Below are positions 1-31,090 of a DNA stretch of 64,000 nucleotides, piece after piece; the stretch's first letter is position 1; each line of letters begins with the position of its first letter. Below the pieces are notes generated by a model, which saw nothing but the letters and a program-made list of their open reading frames with translations, did no database searches and was not told the origin of the DNA. A program made the position numbers and the translations under genes. The stretch lies in the NCBI RefSeq assembly GCF_009914755.1, contig NC_060939.1; one strand, written 5' to 3'. The stretch comes from the human T2T-CHM13v2.0 reference genome, Homo sapiens.

Positions 1-281
1 CCACCTGCCCCAGCCTCCTGAAGTAGTGAGATTACAGGTGTGAGCCACTTGCACCCAGCCTCTCACTTAAAATTTCTAATACATTCTGCTACCATCTGTG
101 AGTACAAAACCATCTAAGTAAAATAAGAATAGTTTGGCATTTGGAAGTAATTTTTTAAAACAACATTCATATTAATTTAAGGAGCATAACAGATTCCAGT
201 GAATGTTATGATTCGCTATTGTAACATTATTCTAGTAAATATGTTGGAGAAGAACAGTTCTAGTGAATTAACTATGGTTTT

Positions 282-317
282 GGAAGGCAGCTATGCTCAC
301 CATCATACCACCAACAC
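282..317 (-). pseudogene. Tailless tRNA-Gly(TCC) 5'-half retropseudogene
   Basis: Minus strand 317->280 reads GTGTTGGTGGTATGATGGTGAGCATAGCTGCCTTCCAA, 35/38 identical to the recalled tRNA-Gly-TCC 5' half. Flanked by direct repeat AACTATGGTTTT (270-281, 318-329); no poly(A). Confidence 0.85.
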
Positions 318-331
318 AACTATGGTTTTAT

Positions 332-631
332 TTTATATTATTTATTTTATTTTTGAGACAGAGTCTCGCTCTATCGCCCAGGCTGGAGTGGCACAATATC
401 AGCTCACTGCAACCTCTGCCTCCTGGGTTCAAGGGATTCTCCTGCCTCAGCCTCCAAAGTAGCTGGGATTACAGGCATGCACCTCCACGTCCGGATAATT
501 TTTGTATTTTTAGCAGAGACGAGGTTTCAACATGTTGGCCAGGCTGGCCTCAAACGCCTGACCTCAGGTGATCTGCCCGCCTCAGCCTCCCAAAGTGCTA
601 GGATTACAGGTGTGAGCCACCGTGCCTGGTC
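332..631 (-). mobile_element. AluS element
   Basis: Full dimeric Alu with T-rich tail on the left; TSD ACAACTATGGTTTTAT at 316-331 and 632-647. Confidence 0.92.
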
Positions 632-929
632 ACAACTATGGTTTTATAATCAGCAAATGGCATTTAATAATGTGTTAGTATCAAACAAAACTGGGCAGCA
701 ACAGAGACCAATGCACATTCTTCTTGGTGTGTCAGTAGGAACAAATACAGCAAATTAAAAATTGTCTGCTAGAAAATCAAAGATCACAGAGATGTTTGGA
801 TCAGTCCCCTCCTCTCTTCTGAGGATGAGACTCAAATCACAGGAAGAAAAGTTACTCAAGAATCCTCTGGAACAGCCCAAGTGCAGGTTCAACTCAAACA
901 CTACTACCAACATCAGTAACAGGATTTAA

Positions 930-1066
930 GTTTTTTTTTTTTTCTTTTTCAGAAACAGAATCTCACTATTTTGCCCAGACTAGCCTTGAACTCCTGGGCT
1001 CAAACAATCCTCCTGCCTCAACCTCTCAAGTAGCTGGGACTATAGATGCGTGCCACCACGCCCAGT
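930..1066 (-). mobile_element. Alu monomer (FLAM-like)
   Basis: Poly-T followed by a single Alu arm. Confidence 0.75.
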
Positions 1067-1356
1067 AGTTCCTGGATTTAAAACATCACTGTTAGTAAAC
1101 TCTGGGCAGACTTTTCCTGAAGGAAGTGGTAAGAGAGGGCAGGAAGCTCACAGGCATCCCTAACAGCTTATTTCCTTTCCCTTAACATCTTGAGGAATGA
1201 GGCCTGGAGGAAGAGAACCATGTTGTATTTCTGTGACGCTCAGCCAGCATCCATTTTATTGGAATAACAAAGGATTTGTTTAAAGAGCAGCAGTGCTTAT
1301 GGCTTATAGCCCTGAAACACCAGATTGAGAAGAAATATCAACTTGACCCTACTTAC

Positions 1357-1676
1357 AGGAGTTGTGCCGACGACGGAAACTTTTGGACTGACTCAAGGAT
1401 TCCATGTGCCTGTCGACATAGCTCTTTGAGCACTGTTGCTGCTGCGGGGAAACGGCAACATCCTGGCTCTTCACATCTGTCCTCTTAGGGATATTCTGAG
1501 GGGCACTGCTGGAAGAGGCTGGCTTCTTGACAAACTTGCCTGTGCCATTCTGATTGATGCCCACTTGGCAGCCAGCACCAGAGGGGCCTAATTCTGTTTG
1601 ATGAAGGTCTCCAAAATGTTGGTTGTCTCCAGGTCCTGGTATCTCCAGAATTTTTAACTCCGTAATGTCACCTGCC
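1357..1676 (-). CDS. EDC3: EDC3 second coding exon (aa 55-161, end of LSm domain plus linker)
   Basis: Translates AGDITELKILEIPG...SFRRRHNS. Acceptor TTTCAG|G at 1677/1676, donor T|GTAAGT at 1357/1356; 320 nt, phase-compatible with exon 4860-5023. RRRHNS161 fits the RxRxxS AKT/PIM motif. Confidence 0.97.
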
Positions 1677-1881
1677 CTGAAATACACAAAAAAGCCAAGT
1701 CTCAAAATTATAATAGTGGTAAGAATGATGAAACTGAGATCATTAGCAAACAGCTACCCCTTTGCAGGACTGCATTTTATTGAGTTATCAGAGGCTAGGA
1801 AAGGGGGCTGTGTGCTTAAGGACAGGGGTCAGCCACCAACTATCCAACTGACACAATGCTAGCCTTTAAAAAGAGGCTATT

Positions 1882-2217
<336 letters not shown>

Positions 2218-2239
2218 TTAATCTTACATTCCCACAATG

Positions 2240-4625
<2,386 letters not shown>

Positions 4626-4859
4626 AGTATAGGCCGGGCATGGTGGTTCACACCTGAAATCCCAGCACTTCGGGAGGCCACAACGGGCAGATTACTTGAG
4701 GCCAGTAGTTCGAGACCAGCCTGGCCAACACAGTGAAACCCCATCTCTACTAAAAATACAAAAAGCGGCCATATGCCAAGAGAATACTAGCAATCAGACC
4801 TAGGTTCAAGCTCCACAGACCACCAGGTTGGATTCAGAAGAGTCAGTCAGGACACTCAC

Positions 4860-5023
4860 CTGAAGGTGACTTCTGGAACAAGACACTTCACTCCATTATG
4901 GAAAGGCCGGGTGAGAGAAATGGTCTGGCTGACCTGATCCACAGCTGACACTCTTCCCTGATAGACACCCAAGCTATCTCCACAATTGATGGACACAATA
5001 CTTCCCAGCCAATCTGTAGCCAT
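4860..5023 (-). CDS. EDC3: EDC3 first coding exon (aa 1-55, LSm domain); exon spans 4860-5041 including 18 nt of 5'UTR
   Basis: ATG at 5023 gives MATDWLGSIVSINCGDSLGVYQGRVSAVDQVSQTISLTRPFHNGVKCLVPEVTFR. Acceptor TTCTCTTCACAG|T at 5042/5041, donor AG|GTGAGT at 4860/4859. Not in the ORF track. Confidence 0.97.
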
Positions 5024-5485
5024 GTTTCACACGTGAGACCACTGTGAAGAGAAGGAACTATTCAGTGTGCCTTGGTGAAAAGACAAACTTTTAATTAAAT
5101 TCAGCAAATATATCAGGCTCTGTACCAAGTGTTGGTTAATAAAACATATTCTATCACATTGTTAACTGAGGTAATAAATCTTAAAAAAATTAAAATTTTT
5201 TTTCAGGAGTATGAATATTAAAAAATAATATTATTTAATACATATAAAGATCTTATAATTGCTTTAAAGCGCATACATTGGATAAAGATATTTATTACAC
5301 ATCAAATCACACAAACTATAATCTGTTTATATTGTATTTTAATAAATCTGCTGTCAAAATGTTTTCAAAGAGAGTATGTTGCTGAGAAATAATATATTAA
5401 AAAAACAAATTACTGATAATGCCACTCTTGCTGATGATGATAATAATAATAATAATTAATAATAATAGTAAATTCTGGATAGTTG

Positions 5486-14725
<9,240 letters not shown>

Positions 14726-15009
14726 GGCCAGGCATGGTGGCTCATGCCTGTAATCCCAGCACTTTAGGAGGCCAAGGCTTCCCAAATTTTACACAAGTTA
14801 TTCCTAGAACACTTTCCCCAGCTCTATGAATGGTTAGTTCCATCCTGCCTTTCCGACATCTGGTAAAACATGACCATCTCAAAAAAGCCTTCCCTGTCTA
14901 CCCAATCTAACGTGGCTACTCATCGTTATTCTCCAACACCTTAAATCCTGTTATGATCTCAAAATCAATCACTATATGAATTATCTTGTTTCTTCATATT
15001 GTGTGTGTT

Positions 15010-17570
<2,561 letters not shown>

Positions 17571-19421
17571 CTTGGGTAAATTTTCAATGCAACACAATTT
17601 CAACAATAATGATGATGGTAAAAAAGCACAAAATACACACATTTTAGGCTTCTTTTCCCTTCCTGATCAACCTTTGCCTAATGTCACAAAAGCATGAGTT
17701 TCCTTTCCTATCATTTATAATCCATCATAATTCTACTCAGATGCTTAGATAGATGCAGAATAAAAAGCACCAGAAATTAACCAGATATGAAAAGGCTTTT
17801 ACTGTTTTATTTAACATATATCTTTAAGACACTGATGTTGTGCATTCAAGTTTATATTATGGTAGTAGTAACTGAATAGAATTTTTAACACTTTGAAAAT
17901 GTGGATACTCGTTTATAAGTGTTCTTCTATGTAGTTAATATTAATAGAAACTTTTAAAAATATAACCACTGAATGTGTAACAAACTTCCCTTTCCTCAGA
18001 AACTTCCCTTGGTAAAATAGCATTATTCAAAACTCCTCAAACAGGTTTATTCTATAAAGAAAATTATGCTATTTACAGAAAACAGTAAATCTAAAACAAG
18101 TACAGTGCCCATCAACTGGGTTCCTAATCGGACTAGGGAAGGGGCTCCATCAATTATACAGCTAACACCTCCACGTCAAAAGAAGTACAGGAGATACAGG
18201 AGCTACAAGGAACCAATCTTGTCTTTTATTTTCTACTTTTCTATCAAGGTATAACATATACAGTAAGTCAGTCTACATATTTTAAGTGTACACCTCCCTG
18301 AAATTTTACATATCAATTCACCCATGTGACCACCACTCAAAACAAGACAGACTATTTCCAACACCTCAAAAGGCTCCATTGTGTCCTCCTACAGGTAGTT
18401 ATTATTCTGACATCTATCATGAAAGATTATTTGAGCCTGATTTTGAGCTTCACATAAACAGAATCATAAAGGTTCTCTTTCAGAGTGTTTGTCTTCTTTT
18501 GCTCAAAAGTACATCTGTGAGGCCAGGCATGGTGGCTCATGCCTGTAATCCCAGCACTTTGGGAGGCCACGGCGGGTGGATCACTTGAGGTCAAGAGTTC
18601 AATACCAATCTAGCCAACATGGCAAAACCCTGTCTCTACTAAAAATACAAAAAATTAGCTGGGCGTGGTGGCACATGCCTGTAATCCCAGCTACTCAGGA
18701 GGCTGAGGCACAAGAATCGCTTGAACTGGGGAGGCGGAGGTTGCAGTGAGCCAAGATCCTGCTACTGCACTCCAGTATGGGTGACAGAGCGAGATGCTGT
18801 CTCAAAAAAAAAAAAAAAAAAAGTACATTTGTGAGATTCATCCCCATTGTTGCATGTATCAGAAGTTTATTCTTTCTCATAGCTGTGCTGTTTTCTGTAA
18901 GCATGCCTCAATGTATTTATCCATTCTACTGCTGATACATAGTTGGGTTATTTCTAGTTCTGACTTATTACAAATAATATTCTTAAACTGTATACAGTAT
19001 ATTTCTGCGATGGACAAATACATCCATTTCTACTGGGCATATAACACAGGAAGTCATGTTATATTTATGACTTTATTAGGAACCACTGAACAGTTTTCCA
19101 AAGTGGTTGTACCATTTTGTATTACCATCTACATTTATACAACCCACCATACGTGAGTTCTTTCTGCTCCTCATCTTGCCAAAACTTGGTACTATTGTTC
19201 TCTTCAACTTACTCATTCTGGTGGGGTGCAATGGTTTTGGTATTTTCTTAAACATACTTCTTATTTACTCTTGCTTCATTGATACTGTTATTCTCCCAAT
19301 AAATTATTCCTAAAATTGTAATGACTACTGAATTCAGAGATGTTGTGAATTACTATTCAGTCAAGAACTTGCTACCAAAGTTCATTTAGTCTTATTTGTC
19401 TTCCTTCTCCCTCCATTTCTT

Positions 19422-19720
19422 TTTTTTTTTTCTTTTTTTGAGACGGAGTCTCGCTCTTTCGCCCAGGCCGGACTGCAGTGGCACTATCTCAGCTCACTGC
19501 AAGCTCCGCCTCCTGGGTTCACACCATCCTCCCGCCTCAGCCTCCTGAGTAGCTGGGACTACAGGCGCCCGCCACCGCGCCCGGCTAATTTTTTGTATTT
19601 TTAGTGGAGATGGGGTTTCACCGTGTTAGCCAGGATGGTCTCGATCTCCTGACCTCATGATCCGCCCGCCTCGGCCTCCCAAAGTGCTGGGATTACAGGC
19701 GTGAGCCACTGCGCCCGGCC
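19422..19720 (-). mobile_element. Young AluY (AluYk-like)
   Basis: CpG-rich AluY with GCAGTCCGGCCTGGGCGAAAGAG variant; CCTCCATTTCTT on both sides. Confidence 0.75.
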
Positions 19721-19784
19721 CTGCCTCCATTTCTTAAACACCTCCAGGTAAGAATACTTTAATTCATTTACCACTTTGTTCTTA

Positions 19785-20356
19785 TACAAATAAACAAGTT
19801 GCCAATTACAAATCTAGCTACTTTGGAATATCCTTCATCTCATTAATACATTACTAGTGTAAGTTTGCTGACAGGATTTGATGTACAATAAAAAAAAATA
19901 CATCTTCCCTGTAAAGCCTATTCATGACAATAAATCCTTCAAACAATTCCACTTCTAAAAAAAACTAATTTTTCTGTGTAGTATTCAACAATGTTAAATA
20001 TTTCAAAAAAATGCAATGTTTGTGCAGCTAGCTAACCAACACTTATTTTGCCAACTTGTTATTAAAATCTATCCTAACAATCTGTGTAGCTAGGAAGGGA
20101 GCCACAGATGTGACATAATCAAGATTTTCCAGATTACTTTTAATTATGGGACTATTTTGCTCAAATGCTGAACTATCAGGATTTCCAGACTACTGAATGC
20201 CAGATAAGTAATGGGACTTTATCATTATTCTGATAAGCCTTTGGATAACAAAGTCAGGTAGCGCTAAACACTCTTCCATCTATTATATTACTAAGGCAGC
20301 GCCCAAATGATCCATAAATTACAAATAAACAAGTTGCCAATTACAAATCTAGCTAC
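19785..20356 (+). repeat. Perfect 37-bp dispersed direct repeat (19785-19821 and 20320-20356)
   Basis: TACAAATAAACAAGTTGCCAATTACAAATCTAGCTAC occurs twice. Confidence 0.9.
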
Positions 20357-21198
20357 CTCCATCTCTGTGCCACATCAGACAACTCACAGCATTCAGATCC
20401 AATAAACAACCCTTGGCCTGCTAAAAACAATTATAATTAACAGCTGTGGATGAGTGAGTAGTTATAGATTTCTGAAAAACTAGGAATTGTTCCACACAAC
20501 AGGAAAGGTGTTTGTTTAATCAAAATATTGGGAAAGGCAGAGATCTTAAAAGAAAATATGCAACCCAGCATGATGGCTCAGGCCCTACATCCCAGCACTT
20601 TGGGAGGCTGAGGCAGGAGGATCACTTGAGGCCAGGAGTTTCAGACCAGCCTGGACAACATAGCAAGACTGTTTCCACCCCCACCCCGCCTCAGAAAAAG
20701 AAATCCAGCACAATCCCCTATCTAAATCCAGTACTAAACCCATATCTTCCATAAAAGGCAGCACGGTGAAAAGAGAATAAAATTCTGAAATCACACTGGG
20801 TGTGGTGGCTCACGCCTCAGGTGGCTAGTGTCTGCAATCCTAGCACTGTGGGAGGCCAAGGAGGGCTGACCGCTTGAGCCTAGGAGTTCAAAGCCAGCCT
20901 GGGCAACATGGCAAAACTCTGTCTCTAGAAAAAATACAAAAAATTAGTCAGAAGTGTTGGGAGGCGGAGGTTGCAGTGAGCCAAGATTGCACCACTGCAC
21001 TCCAGCCTGGGTGGCAGAGCAAGACCCTGTCTCAAAAAAAAAAAAAAAGAAAAAAATGAAATCAGACATCACAGCCCCTGGTTCACTTCTGAACTTCCTT
21101 ACTAACCAGCACTACGACCTGGGCAAATTACCTAATCTGAGTCTCAACTGCCTCATCTGTAGGGAATTATGCCAATTATACACCTATCTCATAGAACC

Positions 21199-21264
21199 AC
21201 TATATGAATTATTTTAAGATACTATATGGATTATTTTAAGATACTATATGGATTATTTTAAGAT
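21199..21264 (+). repeat. 3 x 22-bp tandem repeat inside a MIR-like element
   Basis: Three consecutive copies of ACTATATG(A/G)ATTATTTTAAGAT. Confidence 0.9.
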
Positions 21265-21575
21265 TAAATGAGATAATCCATATAGTGTCTACAACATAAA
21301 AAATTTTAGTTCAAATGTCTCCTTTTGCCAGAAAGAATACCGATCACATAGGGAACTTAAGTTATGGCGCTGTGAGGGCCACCTCACTTCTCACCCAAAC
21401 AAAATTACAAAAATACATGAATTCCCTCTACAACATCTTGGAAATCAAGTCCTGGTCTTTACACTGGAATACACATGTCCGTAGGGGGTACACAAAGATA
21501 TGCAAGCAAGGGAATCAACTTCCATGCTACTCTCATAAACCTGATCTGTGTGGATAACTAGATGATCAATTTTAA

Positions 21576-22125
<550 letters not shown>

Positions 22126-24347
22126 GCTTTAGGATAAAATTCTGTGGGAAAAGTGGAATGGATACAAGTTCAAAAAGAAAAAGGAAAAATATGTAATGGA
22201 CAAACTCCCAAAATGATAAAAATGACCAAAACTAACTCAACTAACTATATTAAGAAATTGAATTAGTAAAATCTTCCCAGAGAGAAAAACCCAGGCCCAT
22301 AGGACTTCACTGGTAAATTCTATGAAACACGTAAGAAATAATACCAATCCTACACAAACTATTTCAGAAAACAGAGGAGGAAGGAACACTTCCCAATTCA
22401 TTTTATGAGGTCATAATTACCCTGCTACTAAGGCCAAAGATGACATAAAAAAAAGGAAACCTCAGACCAATATCCATCATGAACACAGTCACAAAAATTA
22501 ACAAAATGTTAGCAAATTGAATCCATCTATATGTAAAAAGTAGTAGATACATTACTAAGCAGGGTTCATTTCACAAATGCAAGATGGGTTTAACATCTGA
22601 AAATCAAGTAATGTAATAAGCTATGTTATGTATTTCTTACAGTCTTTGTTTCAAAAGTTTAGTTGTATGTTTTTACAACATCAAATTGATATTGTATTTA
22701 GGTAATTTTATATTTATTTTTAAGAAGTCAATATTTACTTGTCAGAAATTACATCCTAAACTATTTAAAATTAAATACTTACACTATGTAAATCTAGGAT
22801 GAAAAGTTTCAGGTGCCAACTTAAAAGTATATAAGATCTAACAGATTCCACAGTCTTTTAGACATTCTCAAGAAGAAATGTTTTAAGACTAGTGACCCAG
22901 CCTATACCTGAAAGCCTGAAATGACAAGGAGAAAAATAATCATTCATGCCAAAGCAACACCACCATATCTTCAAACTTTTGACTTCTGCCCATAAATTTA
23001 CTCTTAGCACATCTAGATCTAAACCTAATATTCCAGGTACAAGCCTACCAGTGATGCAACCTTTCTCATTCTAGATTTTGCATTTTCCTGATACAATATA
23101 CTAATGCAGGTCACATCGGTTCTTCTCACAGCCTTCTTAACCACACCACTGATTGGTGATTAAAACATCACATCTTTTTATTATAGAACTCCTGTGAGGT
23201 CACATCTCCACCCTCCCCTAATAGGTATAGTTGATTTTGTTTGGACCCAAGCGCAATTTCTCACATTTATACATGCTTCCTTCATTTCATTAAACAGCAC
23301 TGAGCAAATTATATTGAGATCTTTTCCCATTCTGGCAATCACCAACCAAATGACTCTTTCTTTACTTCACAAAGGCACCAAATCCAATAAGCAAACCTTC
23401 TAGATAAGGTCTCAAATACATGAAGTATATAAAGAAAGTGATGAAACCCCAGTTTAGATCACCGGAATTCCAGCTGTAAGTAGTGTCCACAAATCAAACC
23501 TCTCCATACATAGATTTTCAAACTCATGACTCCATCTAACTACCACAATCTGGCAAATTCCTCCATCTCGCCCACTCAGTTATAGTAAGACTCAGTAAGA
23601 CCAGGCGCGGTGGCTCACACCTGTAATCCCAGCACTTTGGGAGGCTGAGGTGAGTGGATCACCTGAGGTCGGGAGTTCGAGACCAGCCCGGCCAACATGG
23701 TGAAACCCCATCTCTACTGAAAATACAAAAATTAGCCAGGCGTGGTGGTGCATGCTTGTAGTCCCAGGTACTTGGGAGGCTGAGGCAGGAGAATCGCTTG
23801 AACCAGGAGGCAGAGGTTACAGTGAGCAGAAATTGCACCACTGCACTCCGTCCAACCTGGGCAATGGAGTGAGACTCCATCTCAAAAAAAAAAACAAAAA
23901 CTTCATAAATGCCTTGCTAAAATTCTGACACACTATCATTATGGTCACTACACTCCTTTGAGCCACAATTTGGATGTCCTGTCCTGTTGTTCTGGCTGAA
24001 TTTAGGAGAACTCTAGTAAGCCCTTCTCTGGATAAGAAAAGAAAAATGATACATCTTCCATTTTGTATTAATTACAGAATCTCACAAATGGCAAGGATTT
24101 TAAACATTTTCTAATGTTGTTTTTCTTAGACAGAGTCTTGCTATGTTGCCCAGGCTGGCCTTAAGCAATCCTCCCACCACTGCACTCGGCCCTAGTCTAA
24201 TATTTTTCTTTTCTTTTCTTTTTTTGAGAAGTTTAGTTCTTGTTGCCCAGGCTGGAGTGCAGTAGCATATCTTGGCTCACTGCAACCTCTCCCTCCCAGG
24301 TTCAAGCGTTTCTCCTGCCTCAGCCTCCCAAATAGCTGGGATTATAG

Positions 24348-24503
<156 letters not shown>

Positions 24504-25055
24504 TAATATTTTTCAAACTATACGTCATGACCTATTAGGGGTCAGACTCAATTTAGTGAGTTGCAACCAATATTTTTTTAGAGTGCATCTTCTGTAGAAA
24601 GGGTAAGTAAACTTTTCATTGGTGTGTGTGTGTGTGTACACACTGAGTGTGCAGGGGCACAATAAGTCATGATGTATAATATATCTAACTGTGGGTCACA
24701 GGTAAAAAATTTTGAGACACTTTTCTAGCCCCACAGCCCTATGCCAAGGAGGCTCTACCAAGAAATTGGTAATAAACAAAATGTCATGTTTTTACATCAT
24801 ACAGAGAAACTAGCTAAGAGGATTTTGTGCTCAGTACACGTAATCTGCCATTCATTAAAAAAAAAAAAAAAGATTAGGATCCATCTGGGTGTCCAGTTGA
24901 AATACTAAACTGCTTGGAGACAGCCATTTCTGTTTTGGTGGGGTGAAGACCTGTATTTGAGACAGCAGACTGAAATCGGTTTGGTCTGTGGCGAAGGAAG
25001 AGAAGAAAAACCATTCTGGGTCGCGAGTTCCTCACCTGTAACCACAGGAGAAGAC

Positions 25056-25158
25056 TGTTGGCTTGGTCAGTTGATTTTCAACTAATCTCCCAATTGAAGA
25101 GTTAGGCGAAGCAATTGCTATTGGGAGATTAACTGAAAATTAACTGACCAAGCCAACA
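25056..25158. repeat. Inverted repeat, 39-bp arms with 25-nt spacer
   Basis: 25056-25094 versus the reverse complement of 25120-25158: 36/39 identical. Confidence 0.95.
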
Positions 25159-25599
25159 AGGACTATGCCTCCCACAAACCAAAACACTTTAACCACTCAG
25201 CAAGTCAAGTATTGATACATACAATCAATATCACACAAAGTGTACTGAAAAGAACCACAGACTTGCATCAAAGGCAGAAATGAATCCAGGGATAACTTCC
25301 TGGGATTCGAAGATGTGACCTGGTAGGTATAAATTTCTCAGGCATCCTCTTTTTCTACCCTCCAGTTCATCTCCGTCCTCAAGCTATCAGTCATGGATGT
25401 GGCACTGGCGTTCTTCTCTGCCACCGTATCTCATTATGCAAAGGGAAACTGAGGCACGAAGAACAGAGTGAGTGAGCCAAAGAACTGCAGCAGCCACCAA
25501 CAAGGCTGGACTAAGGGCCCAAGCAGCTAATGCCTCACTCCCCACACAATCCCCATACTATTTAGAATCCTGCAGTCCTCAGCCTTCCACCTCAAACCA

Positions 25600-26300
25600 A
25601 ACTCCTGGGGCCGCCCGTAGTACGTGGTCCCCTGCTCATCCGATGAAGCCCCCAGCTCTTGCCTGCCTGCCTGCCTCTATAAAGGTCTACGAGGCCTGGA
25701 ACTCTGAAGCCTAAAGCAACCCCGGCAGCCCCCTCCCACGACCGTCCACAAACCAGTAGCCTCCCTTCGCTCCCACCTCCGCGCCGACGGGCCTGGAGCT
25801 CCTCCGCACACCACACCAAGCCGACCACTCAACACCAGAGGACCCACAGAAGAATTCTCTCCACGCCCACCCCCACAGCATCGGCCTTCACCACCGCCGC
25901 CGCTGCCGGAAGCGCCCCCACGTCTCCACGCCACCACCGTGAGGTCACTTCCGGCGCGACACCTTGGAATCCAGGGCCGTCAATTGAGGGGCGTGGCACC
26001 CGGGAAATTTAAGAGGTTGGAAGAACGTCCCTTCGGCCTTACAGAATTGCGCTTGGGTAGTCATTTTGCCCTCCACGCTTACTTATGTCCTGTGGCGTCT
26101 TGGCTGGAATCGGGGCTCTACCCACGACTCCCCAGCCTCGATGCCTGGGCCCCCCTCTTGCAGGCTCGATGAAAAGCACCCGCTTCCCCTCCTGTTACCC
26201 CAGCGCCAATCGCAGAGCTGGAGCGGAGGACTTTCAGGGAGGCCTGGTGACGTGACAGCCCCTCCGTGCTAAACTGCAGCTGTGGGACTTAATAAGTGCG
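25600..26300 (-). promoter_or_regulatory. EDC3: EDC3 TATA-less CpG promoter
   Basis: CpG-rich; inverted ETS/GABP motifs CCGGAAG (25906-25912) and ACTTCCGG (25947-25954); Sp/KLF GGGGCGTGGC (25988-25997); CRE-like TGACGTGA (26248-26255). Confidence 0.8.
25777..25915 (-). other. EDC3: Probable EDC3 non-coding first exon (boundaries approximate)
   Basis: Only CpG-rich promoter-like patch upstream of the first coding exon; best donor is GAG|GTGGGA at 25777/25776. Confidence 0.55.
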
Positions 26301-26739
26301 ACAACCCCCTGATGGATTAAAGAAAACAAGATATTCCTGCCGTGGTCGATCTTCAAAGCGTATCAGCTTCAGCCCTTTTGGGGGTTAAAATCAGCCAGTC
26401 CGTGCTTGACTGCTCTCCCTTCCCCCATACTCAGTACACAGGAAAGTGCCGCTCTTCTACCCCTGGCATTTTAGAGTCTTGATTTGTGGGGAGACGGGAA
26501 AGCATGCGTTTAGGGCCAAGACCGTGTAATGAGGAATATTGCACAGCCTTGAAGCCTGACACCTGGTTTGGGAACCACTACTTGGGCGAATAGCATAGAG
26601 TAGGGTAGCAGTTCCAAACCTAGCTCTACAAAATCAGTTGAAGAACTTTGTAAAATCTACACTTTCTAGGGGACTGCTTCACCCTTCCCCCTCCATCACC
26701 AGAGATTCCCTAGGTCAGAAGGGGTCCTTGTCTTTTAAA

Positions 26740-31090
<4,351 letters not shown>

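Noticed and set aside
270-647. Repeat-spacer-repeat pattern resembling CRISPR
   Set aside because: Human DNA; fully explained by nested target-site duplications.
25861-26080. GCGTG cores in the EDC3 promoter as possible XREs
   Set aside because: They sit in GGCGTGG Sp/KLF-type contexts and lack the TNGCGTG consensus.
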